Below, in pieces: positions 1-9,997 of a stretch of DNA of 64,000 nucleotides. Source of the stretch: an uncultured Gammaproteobacteria bacterium (GTDB lineage: Bacteria; Pseudomonadota; Gammaproteobacteria; DRLM01); NCBI GenBank assembly GCA_963729605.1, contig CAVSNY010000003.1, forward strand, positions 320,001 through 384,000. Direction: 5' to 3'. Each line of letters opens with the position of its first letter. Position 1 is the first letter of the stretch. The notes beneath the pieces are model-generated. The model did no database searches, had not been told where the DNA came from, and saw nothing but the letters and a program-made list of their open reading frames with translations. The position numbers and the translations under genes were made by a program.

Positions 1-131
1 ATTGCGGAAATAACGCACCCGCTCCGCGTCGTATCTCATATCGGTTACGCAAATGAAAAAATCCGCCCTGATTTAACCTATACTTTTCCTGTTGGTTTAG
101 TACGCCACTGTTCATCATGGAGGAATAAGAC

Positions 132-638
132 ATGACCGCCAATAAATCACCTGTTGTCCAAAAAACCTCATCGGAACTGAGACCTAGCCGTGGTACGGCG
201 TTGACGCCTTTTGACGACGTGGATAGATTGTTCGACGCCTTTTTCCCGGCGAATTGGTCACGTTTGACCCGCATGGGCTGGCCGCGCTGGGCCGAGGCGA
301 TGCCTCGTTTGCAGGAAAAATCGCCCTCGGTGGACATGATTGAACGCGAGGATCAAGTCATTGTCCGCGCGGAGATGCCCGGCGTGAATAAAGACGATAT
401 CGAGGTTTCCATCAACGGCAATGTGCTGACCCTGCGCGGCAATAGCCGGCGCGAGGAAACCAAGGAAGAAGGGGAATATTACCGCCGGGAAATTTATCAA
501 GGAGAGATTTCGCGCAGCCTGACGCTGCCCGCGGAAGTGGACGGCGACCATGCCAAGGCCACGTTTAAGGAGGGGGTGTTGGAGTTGACGATACCCAAGA
601 TATCCTCCTCAAAACGCCGTTCCATTAAAGTTGAATAG
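132..638 (+). CDS. Hsp20/alpha-crystallin small heat shock protein
   Basis: VDMIERE..VRAEMPGV, ATFKEGVLELTIPK and C-terminal IKVE motifs; GGAGG RBS. Confidence 0.95.
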   Translation: MTANKSPVVQKTSSELRPSRGTALTPFDDVDRLFDAFFPANWSRLTRMGWPRWAEAMPRLQEKSPSVDMIEREDQVIVRAEMPGVNKDDIEVSINGNVLTLRGNSRREETKEEGEYYRREIYQGEISRSLTLPAEVDGDHAKATFKEGVLELTIPKISSSKRRSIKVE

Positions 639-806
639 TGTTGTGAGCGGTCGCCCGCCCGGCCGGCGGATCATCATAAAGATGACGTCGGTTGGGAAGG
701 GCGTACCGTGCCGGCATACTCCGCGGTCAACCGATATTTATTTTTGTATTGAAAAACCCGATCGGACATACTGAACGCTTATCACCCTTATTCAAATAAG
801 TCGTCT

Positions 807-1589
807 GTGGAATTCACTTTTCTCGCATATCCGGTCGTGGGGTTGCTCAGCGGCATGCTGGCGGGTCTGCTGGGCATTGGCGGCGGGCTCATCATCGTCC
901 CCGCCTTGTTGTTTATTTTGCCCTATCAGGAGGCGTCCCAAGTCAGTTCGATGCACGCGGCGGTCGCCACGTCATTGGCTACGGTCGTCATGACCGCCAC
1001 CGTCGCGACTTACAGCCATCACCGCCGCGGCGCCGTGGTGTGGCCGGTCGTCGCACGGATGGCCGGCGGCCTGGCGATAGGGGCCGGCAGCGGCGCAGTG
1101 CTGGTGGATGCCTTGCCGGCGGAGGTTCTGCGGAACTGTTACGGTGTTTTTGCCCTCGGCATAGCGGTTTATATGGCCTTAAATCCTCAATTCACTGGGA
1201 AAAGGGCCTTGCCTGGTTGGCCGGGTTTATTGGGCATAGGCACGCTGATTGGCCACTTATCTGCCATCGTCGGTATCGGTGGCGGTACCTTGACCGTCCC
1301 TTTTTTGCGCTGGTGCCGACTCTCGATCCAGCATGCGGTGGCCACCTCTTCGGCGTGCGGTCTGCCCATCGCGCTGGGCGCCACCTTGGGTTTTACTCTT
1401 TTGCACAATAACTTGAACGACTCTGCGCCCGGTTATATTCATTGGCCCGCTGCCTTGGGTATCGGTTTGACCAGTGTCCTGGCGGCCCCCTGGGGGGTAA
1501 GGCTGGCCCATCATGTCTCTACGGTGACCTTGAATGCCATTTTCTCGATATTTTTGGCTGTTATCGGGTTTTATTTATTGTTCGGTTAA
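807..1589 (+). CDS. Sulfite exporter TauE/SafE family membrane protein
   Basis: Duplicated GIGGG..VP motifs (GLLGIGGGLIIVP; GIGGGTLTVP), AVATS motifs, hydrophobic. Confidence 0.92.
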   Translation: MEFTFLAYPVVGLLSGMLAGLLGIGGGLIIVPALLFILPYQEASQVSSMHAAVATSLATVVMTATVATYSHHRRGAVVWPVVARMAGGLAIGAGSGAVLVDALPAEVLRNCYGVFALGIAVYMALNPQFTGKRALPGWPGLLGIGTLIGHLSAIVGIGGGTLTVPFLRWCRLSIQHAVATSSACGLPIALGATLGFTLLHNNLNDSAPGYIHWPAALGIGLTSVLAAPWGVRLAHHVSTVTLNAIFSIFLAVIGFYLLFG

Positions 1590-1697
1590 GTAGGTCGTTT
1601 CCGGCCCTGTGAAGGCCGTCACAATCCCGCCAAATCACCCTGTTTAGGAGATCACCCCCGGCCGATAACGAGGCATGGGCTGGTTCTACTATGAGGT

Positions 1698-2081
1698 GTG
1701 AGTATGGGAAAAAGAATTTTCGCGACCGCAGGTATGCTGCTGGGGATGGTGATCGGCGCCACGACTGTTCAGGCCGATTCCTATTCAGATGCCTTTGCCG
1801 CCGCTGAAAGGGGTCACTACGACCAGGCATTGAGATTGTTTACCCCGTTGGCGGAGCAGGGCAATGCCCAGGCTCAATTCAATCTGGCGCTTATGTATCA
1901 CGGTGGTTTGGGCGTCAAGCGCAGCGAACAACAGGCCGTTGCGTGGTATCAACGTGCCGCCAGCAACGGTTCGAAAGAGGCCCAGGAATTTTTGGCCGTG
2001 GGTTATCAGGAAGGCTGGTTCGGATTGCCGCGCGACACCCAACAGGCCAAGTATTGGTTCGAGCGTCTGAAAGATTCTTAA
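1698..2081 (+). CDS. Secreted Sel1-repeat protein
   Basis: Signal peptide then AEQGNAQAQFNLALMY..G and LPRDTQQAKYWF Sel1 repeats. Confidence 0.9.
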   Translation: MSMGKRIFATAGMLLGMVIGATTVQADSYSDAFAAAERGHYDQALRLFTPLAEQGNAQAQFNLALMYHGGLGVKRSEQQAVAWYQRAASNGSKEAQEFLAVGYQEGWFGLPRDTQQAKYWFERLKDS

Positions 2082-2119
2082 ACCCCTCGTCAGACTCAAC
2101 AACGGTTTATCAAAATAAC

Positions 2120-2151
2120 GACCACCGTCCGGTAAACACCGGGCGGTGGTC
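2120..2151 (+). terminator. Stem-loop, possible terminator after the Sel1 gene
   Basis: GACCACCGTCCGGT-AAAC-ACCGGGCGGTGGTC; weak U tract. Confidence 0.4.
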
Positions 2152-2273
2152 ATTTATCTCCGTGATAGCTATACGGCAAGAAAAAACCCGGCGTTTGCCC
2201 GATAAATGGATGATAGATTCACAAACTTCCTGCTAGAATGGGCCATCGCCTGCTCGCTGGAGGGTCATCCATC

Positions 2274-2729
2274 ATGTTACAAGAACAAAAAGTCGGCGGA
2301 GAACGTCGGGTCCGCTCTTCCAATCTGATCGGTAAATTGGTGGACGCCCGTACGGAGATGCTCTCCCTGTACGGCGAGTTGATCGGCAAGCGCCCCTTTA
2401 AAGGGGACGCCAAAGTTCCCGCGCTCATTCAGCGTTTTTGCCAGTCCTTGGTGGACTACACCGCGCAGGCCCATTTCCAGCTCTACCGTCACTTCGCTGA
2501 AAACCGCGAACGGCGCGTAGTGGTGGTGGCGATTTCGGAAGAGATTTATCCGCGTATCCTGGAAATCACCCGTCTCACCCTCGATTTCAACGACAAATAC
2601 GACTGCGAAGACCATTGCGAAGTCCTTACTTCGCTGGACAAAGACCTGTCCCTGCTGGGCGAGCAACTGGCCGACCGCATCGAATTGGAAGATCGCCTGA
2701 TCTCGGCCCTGATCGGCAGCCGCTCATAA
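2274..2729 (+). CDS. rsd: Rsd/AlgQ family anti-sigma70 factor
   Basis: FCQSLVDY..HFQLY, LDFNDKY, LGEQLADRIELEDRLI motifs; start taken at ATG 2274. Confidence 0.92.
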   Translation: MLQEQKVGGERRVRSSNLIGKLVDARTEMLSLYGELIGKRPFKGDAKVPALIQRFCQSLVDYTAQAHFQLYRHFAENRERRVVVVAISEEIYPRILEITRLTLDFNDKYDCEDHCEVLTSLDKDLSLLGEQLADRIELEDRLISALIGSRS

Positions 2730-3103
2730 CTCCGCCACCGCTGAATCCCCGACTCCCAAGAAAACACCGGTCGGCGCCGCGTGCCCAAGCCTATCGGCAT
2801 CATGAACACCGACCGGCATTATAGAACCGGATTGGCAAATCAGCGACACCGCGCAATCACTCGCCGAATACGGCCTTAGCCAGCCCATCGAACCGTTTGG
2901 TTAACGATTTTAATGATCCGCGGCATTCCAGGACCCATTATCAACAATAGGTGGGCGAAGCGGGTCTGTCCGCCGACAAATGCCAAATCTCATGGGACAA
3001 TGGGGCCGGTCGTTACACCCTTAGGCCAAATAGTGGTAAACCATGACGGGAGCGTTCCGCGGCGGCGAACTTCTCCGGATGAAGGACACTCTACAGAACA
3101 ACT

Positions 3104-5308
3104 ATGGTTAGCGTAACCGACAAAAAGACCGGCACCACCAGCAAGGAACTGCTGGATATCGAACAATGGCTCACCGCGCTGGAAGGGCAGCGCACACCGG
3201 AAGAGCTGGCGCTGCTCCGCCGGGCCTGCGCGGTGGCGGAACAGGCCCACGCCGGTCAGTTGCGGGCCTCGGGCGAGCCCTACCTGCAACATGCCCTGGC
3301 GGTGGCCAACATCCTCGCCGGTCTGCAACTCGACGCGGAAACCCTCGCCGCCGCCGTGCTGCACGACGTGGTGGAAGACACCGAACTCACCCTCGCGCAA
3401 ATCGAAAAAGACTTCGGGCCGCGGGTCGCCCAATTGGTGGACGGCGTCACCAAGATGGAGCTGATCCAGCATTGGCACACCGCCGGCGACAGCGGCAAAC
3501 GCGAACTGCGCCAGGCCGAGACCTTGCGCAAAATGCTGCTGGCCATGGCCGACGACGTGCGGGTGGTGCTGATCAAACTCGCCGATCGCACCCACAATAT
3601 GCGCACCCTGGATTATCTGCCGGCCGACAAACAGCAGCGCATCGCCGACGAGACCCTCTCCATCTACGCGCCCCTCGCCAATCGGCTGGGGATTTGGCAT
3701 ATCAAGTGGGAATTGGAAGACCTCTCGTTCCGTTATCTGCACCCTGACCGCTACAAACAAATCGCGCGGATGCTGAACGAGCGGCGGGTCGATCGTGAAC
3801 GCTACATCAACCAGTTCATGAAGACTCTGGGCGATGCCTTGACGCGGGTCGGCGTGCGCGCCGAAGTCACCGGCCGGCCCAAACACATCTACAGCATTTG
3901 GCGCAAGATGAGCCGCAAGAACGTGGACTACAGCCAAATCTACGACGTGCGCGCGGTGCGGGTGCTGGTGGACGAGGTGCGCGACTGCTACGCCGCACTG
4001 GGCATCGTGCACGGCCTGTGGCAATACATCCCCGGCGAATTCGATGACTACATCGCCACGCCCAAGGAAAACAACTACCGTTCCATCCACACCGCGGTGA
4101 TCGGCCCCGAAGGAAAAACCGTCGAGGTGCAGATCCGCACGCACGGCATGCACCAGCATTCCGAGTTGGGTGTGGCGGCGCATTGGCGTTACAAGGAAGG
4201 CACGGCGCAAGATGAAGGCTTCGACCGCAAGATCACCTTGCTGCGGCAATTGCTGGAGTGGAAGGACGACATCGCCCACACCGAAGACGACGGCGATCTG
4301 CGCACCGATCTGTTGGAAGAACGCGTCTACGTCTTTTCGCCCAAGGGCGACATCATCGATCTGCCCGCCGGCGCGACGCCATTGGATTTCGCCTATCACA
4401 TCCACACCGAACTGGGACACCGCACCCGCGGCGCCAAGGTCAACGGCCATATGGTGCCGCTCACCTACGCATTGCAAACGGGACAACAGGTGGACATCCT
4501 CAGCGTTAAAAAAGGCACGCCCAGCCGCGACTGGCTCAATCCGCATCTGGGTTATTTGAAAACCTCCCGCGCGCGCGGCAAGGTCCAGCACTGGTTCAAG
4601 CAGCAAAATCTCGAGGCCAATATCGCCGCGGGCCGCACCGCCTTTGAAAAAGAACTGCAACGTCTCGGCCTAGCCGCGGTGAATTTCGAAGACGTCGCCC
4701 GCCGCCTGCATTTCCCCCACGCCGATGACTTTTTCGCCGCCATCGGCCGCGGCGATTTGAAGATCGCCCAAGCCGTGCACAGCGTGCAACAGGCGCAGGA
4801 ACCCGCGCCGCATCGGCTCGACAATTTACCCACACCCGCGGCGACACCGCGCCGAGAAGGCAGCGGCATCCAAATCATGGGGGTTGGCAATCTCATGACT
4901 CATCTTGCCCGTTGCTGCAAACCGGTACCGGGCGAACAGATCGTCGGTTTCATTACCCGCGGCCGCGGCGTGACCATTCATCGCCGCGATTGCAGTAACG
5001 CCCTGCGTTACCGCAACGACAGCCCGCAGCGGCTCATCGAAGTGGAGTGGGGCGGCGCGGCGGAGACGTATCCGGTGGATATCCGCGTCGTCGCCAACGA
5101 CCGGCAGGGCCTGTTGCGGGACATCAGCTCGGTGCTGGCCAATGAAAAGATCAACGTCATCGCCGTCGAAACGATTTCGGACAAGCAGAAAAACCTGGCC
5201 TATATGACCTTGACCGCCGAGATCGGCGGCATCGGTGAACTGAGCCGCATTTTAGATAAAATCGGCCAGTTACCGAATATCATCGAGGTCAAACGAGAGA
5301 CGCATTAG
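3104..5308 (+). CDS. relA: GTP pyrophosphokinase / (p)ppGpp synthetase RelA (HD, synthetase, TGS, ACT domains)
   Basis: HDVVED, GRPKHIYSIWRKM, DDYIATPKENNYRSIHT, TGS (TPLDFAY.IHTE), CCKPVPG, ACT. Confidence 0.96.
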   Translation: MVSVTDKKTGTTSKELLDIEQWLTALEGQRTPEELALLRRACAVAEQAHAGQLRASGEPYLQHALAVANILAGLQLDAETLAAAVLHDVVEDTELTLAQIEKDFGPRVAQLVDGVTKMELIQHWHTAGDSGKRELRQAETLRKMLLAMADDVRVVLIKLADRTHNMRTLDYLPADKQQRIADETLSIYAPLANRLGIWHIKWELEDLSFRYLHPDRYKQIARMLNERRVDRERYINQFMKTLGDALTRVGVRAEVTGRPKHIYSIWRKMSRKNVDYSQIYDVRAVRVLVDEVRDCYAALGIVHGLWQYIPGEFDDYIATPKENNYRSIHTAVIGPEGKTVEVQIRTHGMHQHSELGVAAHWRYKEGTAQDEGFDRKITLLRQLLEWKDDIAHTEDDGDLRTDLLEERVYVFSPKGDIIDLPAGATPLDFAYHIHTELGHRTRGAKVNGHMVPLTYALQTGQQVDILSVKKGTPSRDWLNPHLGYLKTSRARGKVQHWFKQQNLEANIAAGRTAFEKELQRLGLAAVNFEDVARRLHFPHADDFFAAIGRGDLKIAQAVHSVQQAQEPAPHRLDNLPTPAATPRREGSGIQIMGVGNLMTHLARCCKPVPGEQIVGFITRGRGVTIHRRDCSNALRYRNDSPQRLIEVEWGGAAETYPVDIRVVANDRQGLLRDISSVLANEKINVIAVETISDKQKNLAYMTLTAEIGGIGELSRILDKIGQLPNIIEVKRETH

Positions 5309-5525
5309 AGCGCTGTCCAGCATCGGCGGCAACGATAGTAAAGAACGATGGGTGAGCGATGTCGATAGGAACGGAGGTATCCTTCGCAAAAGACGTTCAA
5401 CCCGGACGGCGCTCACTGACATGTCATTAACGCAGGGCGTTTTTTGATACCCTCGCTCCCAGCGTATCCCCGGCCTTGAGCGTGGCTCGTGAAAGCCGGA
5501 GTAAACAGGTGCGAAGGAGCCTATC

Positions 5526-5900
5526 TTGTATCACCTTCTCGCGGACATCGTCATTGTCATACACCTGGCGTTTATTATCTTCGTCATCGCGGGTGGGCTG
5601 CTGCTGTTTCGCCGGCCGCGCCTTGCGTGGCTGCATCTGCCCGCCGCGGCGTGGGGTGCGCTCGTCGAGATCATGGGGTGGACTTGTCCGCTTACGCCCC
5701 TGGAAAATAGTTTCAGGGAGCTCGGAGGCGGCACGTCTTATGAAGGTGATTTCATCGCACATTATCTGCTACCGATCATCTATCCTGAAAACCTGACCGC
5801 GACGACTCAGTTGATGCTTGGCGTGATCGTCATCGCAGTGAATGGCGTGATTTATATGCGAGTGTTTTTCCCGCAGAAAATAAGGCGGAACCGTGAATAG
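5526..5900 (+). CDS. DUF2784 family membrane protein
   Basis: LAD..IHLAFI.FV, WTCPLTPLE, FIAHYL.PIIYP motifs. Confidence 0.85.
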   Translation: MYHLLADIVIVIHLAFIIFVIAGGLLLFRRPRLAWLHLPAAAWGALVEIMGWTCPLTPLENSFRELGGGTSYEGDFIAHYLLPIIYPENLTATTQLMLGVIVIAVNGVIYMRVFFPQKIRRNRE

Positions 5901-6035
5901 ATTTTCGCCGGGAGAGGTCGTGAACCGTCTGTGGGCCGATGGCGCAGTGCGGACAGAGGTGGAGGGTACCGCTAAAATTCCACCCGGGATACACGGGTAA
6001 TTCGTGTCCCCGGGCTGAGTGATATTTTTTTCCGC

Positions 6036-6476
6036 TCACCAGGCTTTATAAGGCAAAAATTTGCCGTTGAGCGTGACCACCACCCGATCTCCTTTGGGAT
6101 TTTCCTCCTTGTCGATGTGCATGGAGAAGTCGATAGCGCTCATGATGCCGTCGCCGAATTTTTCATGAATGAGTTCCTTGATGGTTTCGCCGTAGACCCC
6201 GACGATCTCATACCAGCGATAGATCAGCGGATCGGTGGGCACGGCCTGGTCCCAATGTTTATGCGGACATTTGGTCAAGGCGACGGCGACCTCGTCGGGA
6301 AGTTCGAGCATCTCACATACGGCCATGGCCTTGTCCAGCGGCATGCTGTTCATACCCAGGCAAGCCGAAGTGGTCCATACGGGCGACATGCCGATCTTTT
6401 CCGCGATGTCTTCCCAACTCAAACCCGAGATGTCTTTGGCGACGAGTATTTGTATCTTCATTTCATCTTTGGTCAT
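6036..6476 (-). CDS. cynS: Cyanate hydratase (cyanase)
   Basis: PTDPLIYR.YE, HEKFGDGIMSAIDF, GKFLPY signature. Confidence 0.97.
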   Translation of the reverse strand: MTKDEMKIQILVAKDISGLSWEDIAEKIGMSPVWTTSACLGMNSMPLDKAMAVCEMLELPDEVAVALTKCPHKHWDQAVPTDPLIYRWYEIVGVYGETIKELIHEKFGDGIMSAIDFSMHIDKEENPKGDRVVVTLNGKFLPYKAW

Positions 6477-6487
6477 GATGCGTACTC

Positions 6488-7444
6488 CTATGCTGAGGTG
6501 GATGTCGGCTTGAGATGATCGATTGCCTGCGCCCGCGCGGTACGGCGTTTGAGCGCGAGATCGGGTATTCCGCTATTTTCCAACGATGGATCGACTTCGA
6601 GGGGTATCGTCGCTTGGTCAGTATCCATGCTTTCTCCCGACTGCGCCGCATGGTCCGTCAATTCCCGCGAACGGCTTAATAAAAATTCCACCAAATGATT
6701 GCGGATGCGGTAATAGGCGGGATGGTGGATGACGCTGTTGCGGTCGCGCGGCCGGGGGATGGCGATCTTCACCGACTCGGCGACGCGGGCATGCGGCCCG
6801 TTGGTCATCAGCAGAACGCGGTCGGAGAGCAGGATCGCCTCATCCACGTCGTGAGTGATCATGAACACGGTTTGTTTGGTTTCATGCCAGATCTTCAGCA
6901 GCTCCTCCTGGATCACGCCGCGGGTAAGGGCATCCAAGGCGCCGAAGGGTTCGTCGAGCAGCAGCAGTTGCGGCTGAGTGGCGAAGGCGCGGGCGATACT
7001 CACCCGCTGGCGCATGCCGCCGGAGAGTTGCGCGGGTTTGCGATTCATCGCATCTTTTAAGCCGACCAGTTCCAGGAATCTCATACTGTGTTCGGTGACT
7101 TGCCGTTTATTCCACTCCGGCCAACGGGCGCGCACGCCGAAGGCCACGTTGTTCAAGGCGCTGAGCCAGGGCAGCAGACTGTAATTTTGAAAGACCACGC
7201 CGCGTTGCAGGCTGGGGCCGGCCACTTCCTTGCCGTTCATGATCACCGTGCCGGCGCTGGCCTCGTCCAGACCGGCCAGGACGTTGAGGATGGTGGATTT
7301 GCCGCAACCGGAGTGGCCGATGACGCAGACGAATTCGCCTTTTTCCACGGTGAAATTGGCGTCTTCGAACACCGTGAGCCGTCCCTTGCCGTCGGGGGAG
7401 GGGTAACGTTTAGCCAAACCTTGCACTTGTAAAAAATGTTTCAT
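6488..7444 (-). CDS. cynD: Nitrate/cyanate ABC transporter ATP-binding subunit
   Basis: GHSGCGKST, LSGGMRQR, LLLDEPFGALDALTR; adjacent to cynS. Confidence 0.9.
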   Translation of the reverse strand: MKHFLQVQGLAKRYPSPDGKGRLTVFEDANFTVEKGEFVCVIGHSGCGKSTILNVLAGLDEASAGTVIMNGKEVAGPSLQRGVVFQNYSLLPWLSALNNVAFGVRARWPEWNKRQVTEHSMRFLELVGLKDAMNRKPAQLSGGMRQRVSIARAFATQPQLLLLDEPFGALDALTRGVIQEELLKIWHETKQTVFMITHDVDEAILLSDRVLLMTNGPHARVAESVKIAIPRPRDRNSVIHHPAYYRIRNHLVEFLLSRSRELTDHAAQSGESMDTDQATIPLEVDPSLENSGIPDLALKRRTARAQAIDHLKPTSTSA

Positions 7445-7454
7445 GGGTGCGCTC

Positions 7455-8285
7455 CTATTCCTGGTAACGGACCAGGCGCGTCACCGCCGACAAGGCCATA
7501 TCGAGCAACATCCCCACCAGACCGATCATCAAGATCGAAAAAATCACGCTGGTGAGATCGAGATTGTTCCACTCGTTCCAAACGTAATAGCCGATGCCGG
7601 TGCCGCCCACCAGCATCTCGGCGGCGACGATCACCAGCCAGGCGATGCCGATGGAGATGCGCATGCCGGTGAGGATGGTCGGCGCCGCGGCGGGCAGTAT
7701 TACCGTGAAGGCGGTACGCAAGGGACTCAGTTCGTGAGTGCGCGCCACGTTGATCCAATCCTTGCGCACGCTGGCGACGCCGAAGGCGGTGTTGATCAGC
7801 ATCGGCCAGATCGAGCAGATGAAGATCACGAAGATCGCCGAGGTCTCCGAATCCTTGATTATGAACAAGGCCAGCGGCATCCAGGCCAGCGGCGAGATCG
7901 GCCGCAAGACTTGGATGAACGGGTTCAGGGATTTGTACATCAGCGGCGACATGCCGATCAGAAAGCCGCAGGGAATGGCCACCAGCGCCGCCATGAAATA
8001 GCCGGACAATACCCGATATATCGAATAGGCCAGCTGTATGCCGATGCCCTTGTCGTTGGGACCGGCATCGTAGAACGGATCGCTCAATTCCTGGACGGCG
8101 CGCTCGATCACGGCGGAGGGCGGAGGCACGCGCGCCTCCTGTTCCGCGCCGCCCATCAGCAATTCATATTCGGATTTGGCCGTCGACCCGGCCGGCGCAT
8201 GGCTGTTTATTTCCCACAGGCCGAGCAACACCGCCAGAAACAGCAGAGAAACCACGGTGGCCCGCGCATTGAGTGAACGCAGCAT
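7455..8285 (-). CDS. cynB: Nitrate/cyanate ABC transporter permease (NtrB/CynB type)
   Basis: GPNDKGIG, LRPISPLAWMP, AWLVIVAAEML motifs. Confidence 0.92.
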   Translation of the reverse strand: MLRSLNARATVVSLLFLAVLLGLWEINSHAPAGSTAKSEYELLMGGAEQEARVPPPSAVIERAVQELSDPFYDAGPNDKGIGIQLAYSIYRVLSGYFMAALVAIPCGFLIGMSPLMYKSLNPFIQVLRPISPLAWMPLALFIIKDSETSAIFVIFICSIWPMLINTAFGVASVRKDWINVARTHELSPLRTAFTVILPAAAPTILTGMRISIGIAWLVIVAAEMLVGGTGIGYYVWNEWNNLDLTSVIFSILMIGLVGMLLDMALSAVTRLVRYQE

Positions 8286-9680
8286 CAGGTCCTCCGGATC
8301 TTGAAGCTTTGGATATATTGCTCGGGTTTGCTGTAGTCGAACTCCTTGCCCATGATGGTGTGGTTTTTATAGGCCTTGGCAGGCGGGGTGTAGCCCAGCT
8401 CCTTCATTATCTTGCCGGCGTCGGCGGCGAGATACACCTTCTTCGGCGATGCGCCGGTAATCCAGATCGCCCTTCGATATAACCCCAGCGTTTCATCTGG
8501 GTGAGTATCCACACCGCCATGGACTGCCAGGGGAACGGGTCGAAGTCGATGCGGTTCGGCTCGTCGCGCACATTGCCCAGGCCGTCGGCATAACGGCCGG
8601 TGAGGACCTGCTCGATGACCGGCACCGGCTGATTGAGATAATTCTTGGGCGCGATGGCCTCGGCGATCTGCGCACGATTCTGCGGCTTGGCCGAATATTC
8701 CGTGGCATCGACGATGGCCTTGAGCAGCGCACCGTAAGTATTGGGCAACTCGGTGGCGAATTCCTTGCTGCACGCGAAGGCGCAGCAGGGATGACCGTCC
8801 CATATCTCCTTGGTCAACAGGTGGATGAAGCCGATCTTCTCCCACACCGCCCGTTGGTTGAACGGATCGGGCGACAGATAGCCATCCAGATTGCCGGCGC
8901 GCAGATTGGCCACCATTTCCGGCGGCGGCACCACGCGAATCTGAATGTCGTGTCGGGGTCGAGGCCGTGTTCCGCCACGTAATAGCGCAGCAGAAAATTG
9001 TGCATGGAATAATCGAAGGGCACGCCGAACTTGAAACCCTTCCATTGTTTGGGATCGCGCTTGTCCTGGTGATCCATGCGCAACACGATGGCCTGGCCGT
9101 TGATATTCTCCACCGCGGGCATCACGAAAGGTTTGGCGCTGGAACCGACGCCCAGGCTCATGGCCAGCGGCATGGGCGTGAGCATGTGCGAGGCGTCGTA
9201 TTCCTTGGCCAGGGATTTATCGCGCGCCACCGCCCAGCCGGCGGTCTTGATCACATCGACATCGAGACCGTGTTTACTGTAAAAGCCCAGCGGATGCGCC
9301 ATGATGATCGGCGTCGCGCAGGTGATGGGCACGAAGCCGATGCTGAGTTTGGTCTTCTCCGGTTTGCCCAATTTATCGAGGAGGGCGGCCTTGGCCTGTT
9401 CCATGGGAAACAGGCTGGCGAGAATGGCGGCGGCGGTGCCTCCGCCGATCAAACCTAAAAACGCGCGACGGCTGAGTTCATTGTGACCGAAGACCTCGCG
9501 TACCACCGCGCTCTCGATGGCCCGCTCCATGATGGCGTCGGAAGACAAGGCGGCGCCCGTTTCGGGCGTGCTCCCGTGATCGAGCGCCGGGCGACCCGCG
9601 CAAGCGGTACAGGAACAACCCGCCGTGTGGCTGAGCGTGATGTCGGGATTGTAAGGATCGCCGAGACTTTTAAAGGTCAT
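8285..9680 (-). CDS. cynA: CmpA/NrtA family ABC substrate-binding protein (cyanate); frame broken near 8950 and 8440-8475
   Basis: Three overlapping ORFs join into one protein: SRRAFL, GFVPITCATP, PPPEMVANLRAG, WDGHPCC, DFDPFPWQSM, IMGKEFD. Confidence 0.88.
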
Positions 9681-9803
9681 GATTTAGCCCCTCTGTGGAT
9701 GTACTGAATTGGTTCATGGCCACCCCATGTCGCACAAGCCCGGTGCATGCCTCATCGTCATGCTATCCGTGGTCGCCGCTGTTTCATCTTGCCGATCACT
9801 CAG

Positions 9804-9819
9804 TGCACTCGCTGTGCCA
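9804..9819 (-). promoter_or_regulatory. sigma54 -24/-12 promoter of the cyn operon
   Basis: TGGCACAGCGAGTGCA (GG-N10-GC); IHF-like TAACTTGTTGAC near 9837. Confidence 0.8.
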
Positions 9820-9887
9820 GCGGATCAAATTCGGCTTAACTTGTTGACGTGAAGGGTATTGACCGTAATAAAGTGAAACCGGCGGCC

Positions 9888-9941
9888 TACGTTATCTCGT
9901 AGTTAGACGAACTCGCGTAGCGGCGATTACGTCATTTCGTA
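9888..9941. promoter_or_regulatory. Three TACG-N6-CGTA palindromes, probable enhancer (UAS) sites
   Basis: TACGTTATCTCGTA 9888, GACGAACTCGCGTA 9906, TACGTCATTTCGTA 9928. Confidence 0.65.
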
Positions 9942-9997
9942 ATTTGGCATGGCGGTTGATAATCATTGGGGGTCACCCCAACAGTCATTCAGCGACC

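Noticed and set aside
50-85. sigma32 promoter for Hsp20
   Set aside because: ATGAAA..CCTATA is only a weak match; cannot be supported
2990-4660. Long antisense ORFs (also 39515-41059, 20176-21567, 46623-47888, 56055-57455)
   Set aside because: Shadow frames of well-supported genes in GC-rich DNA
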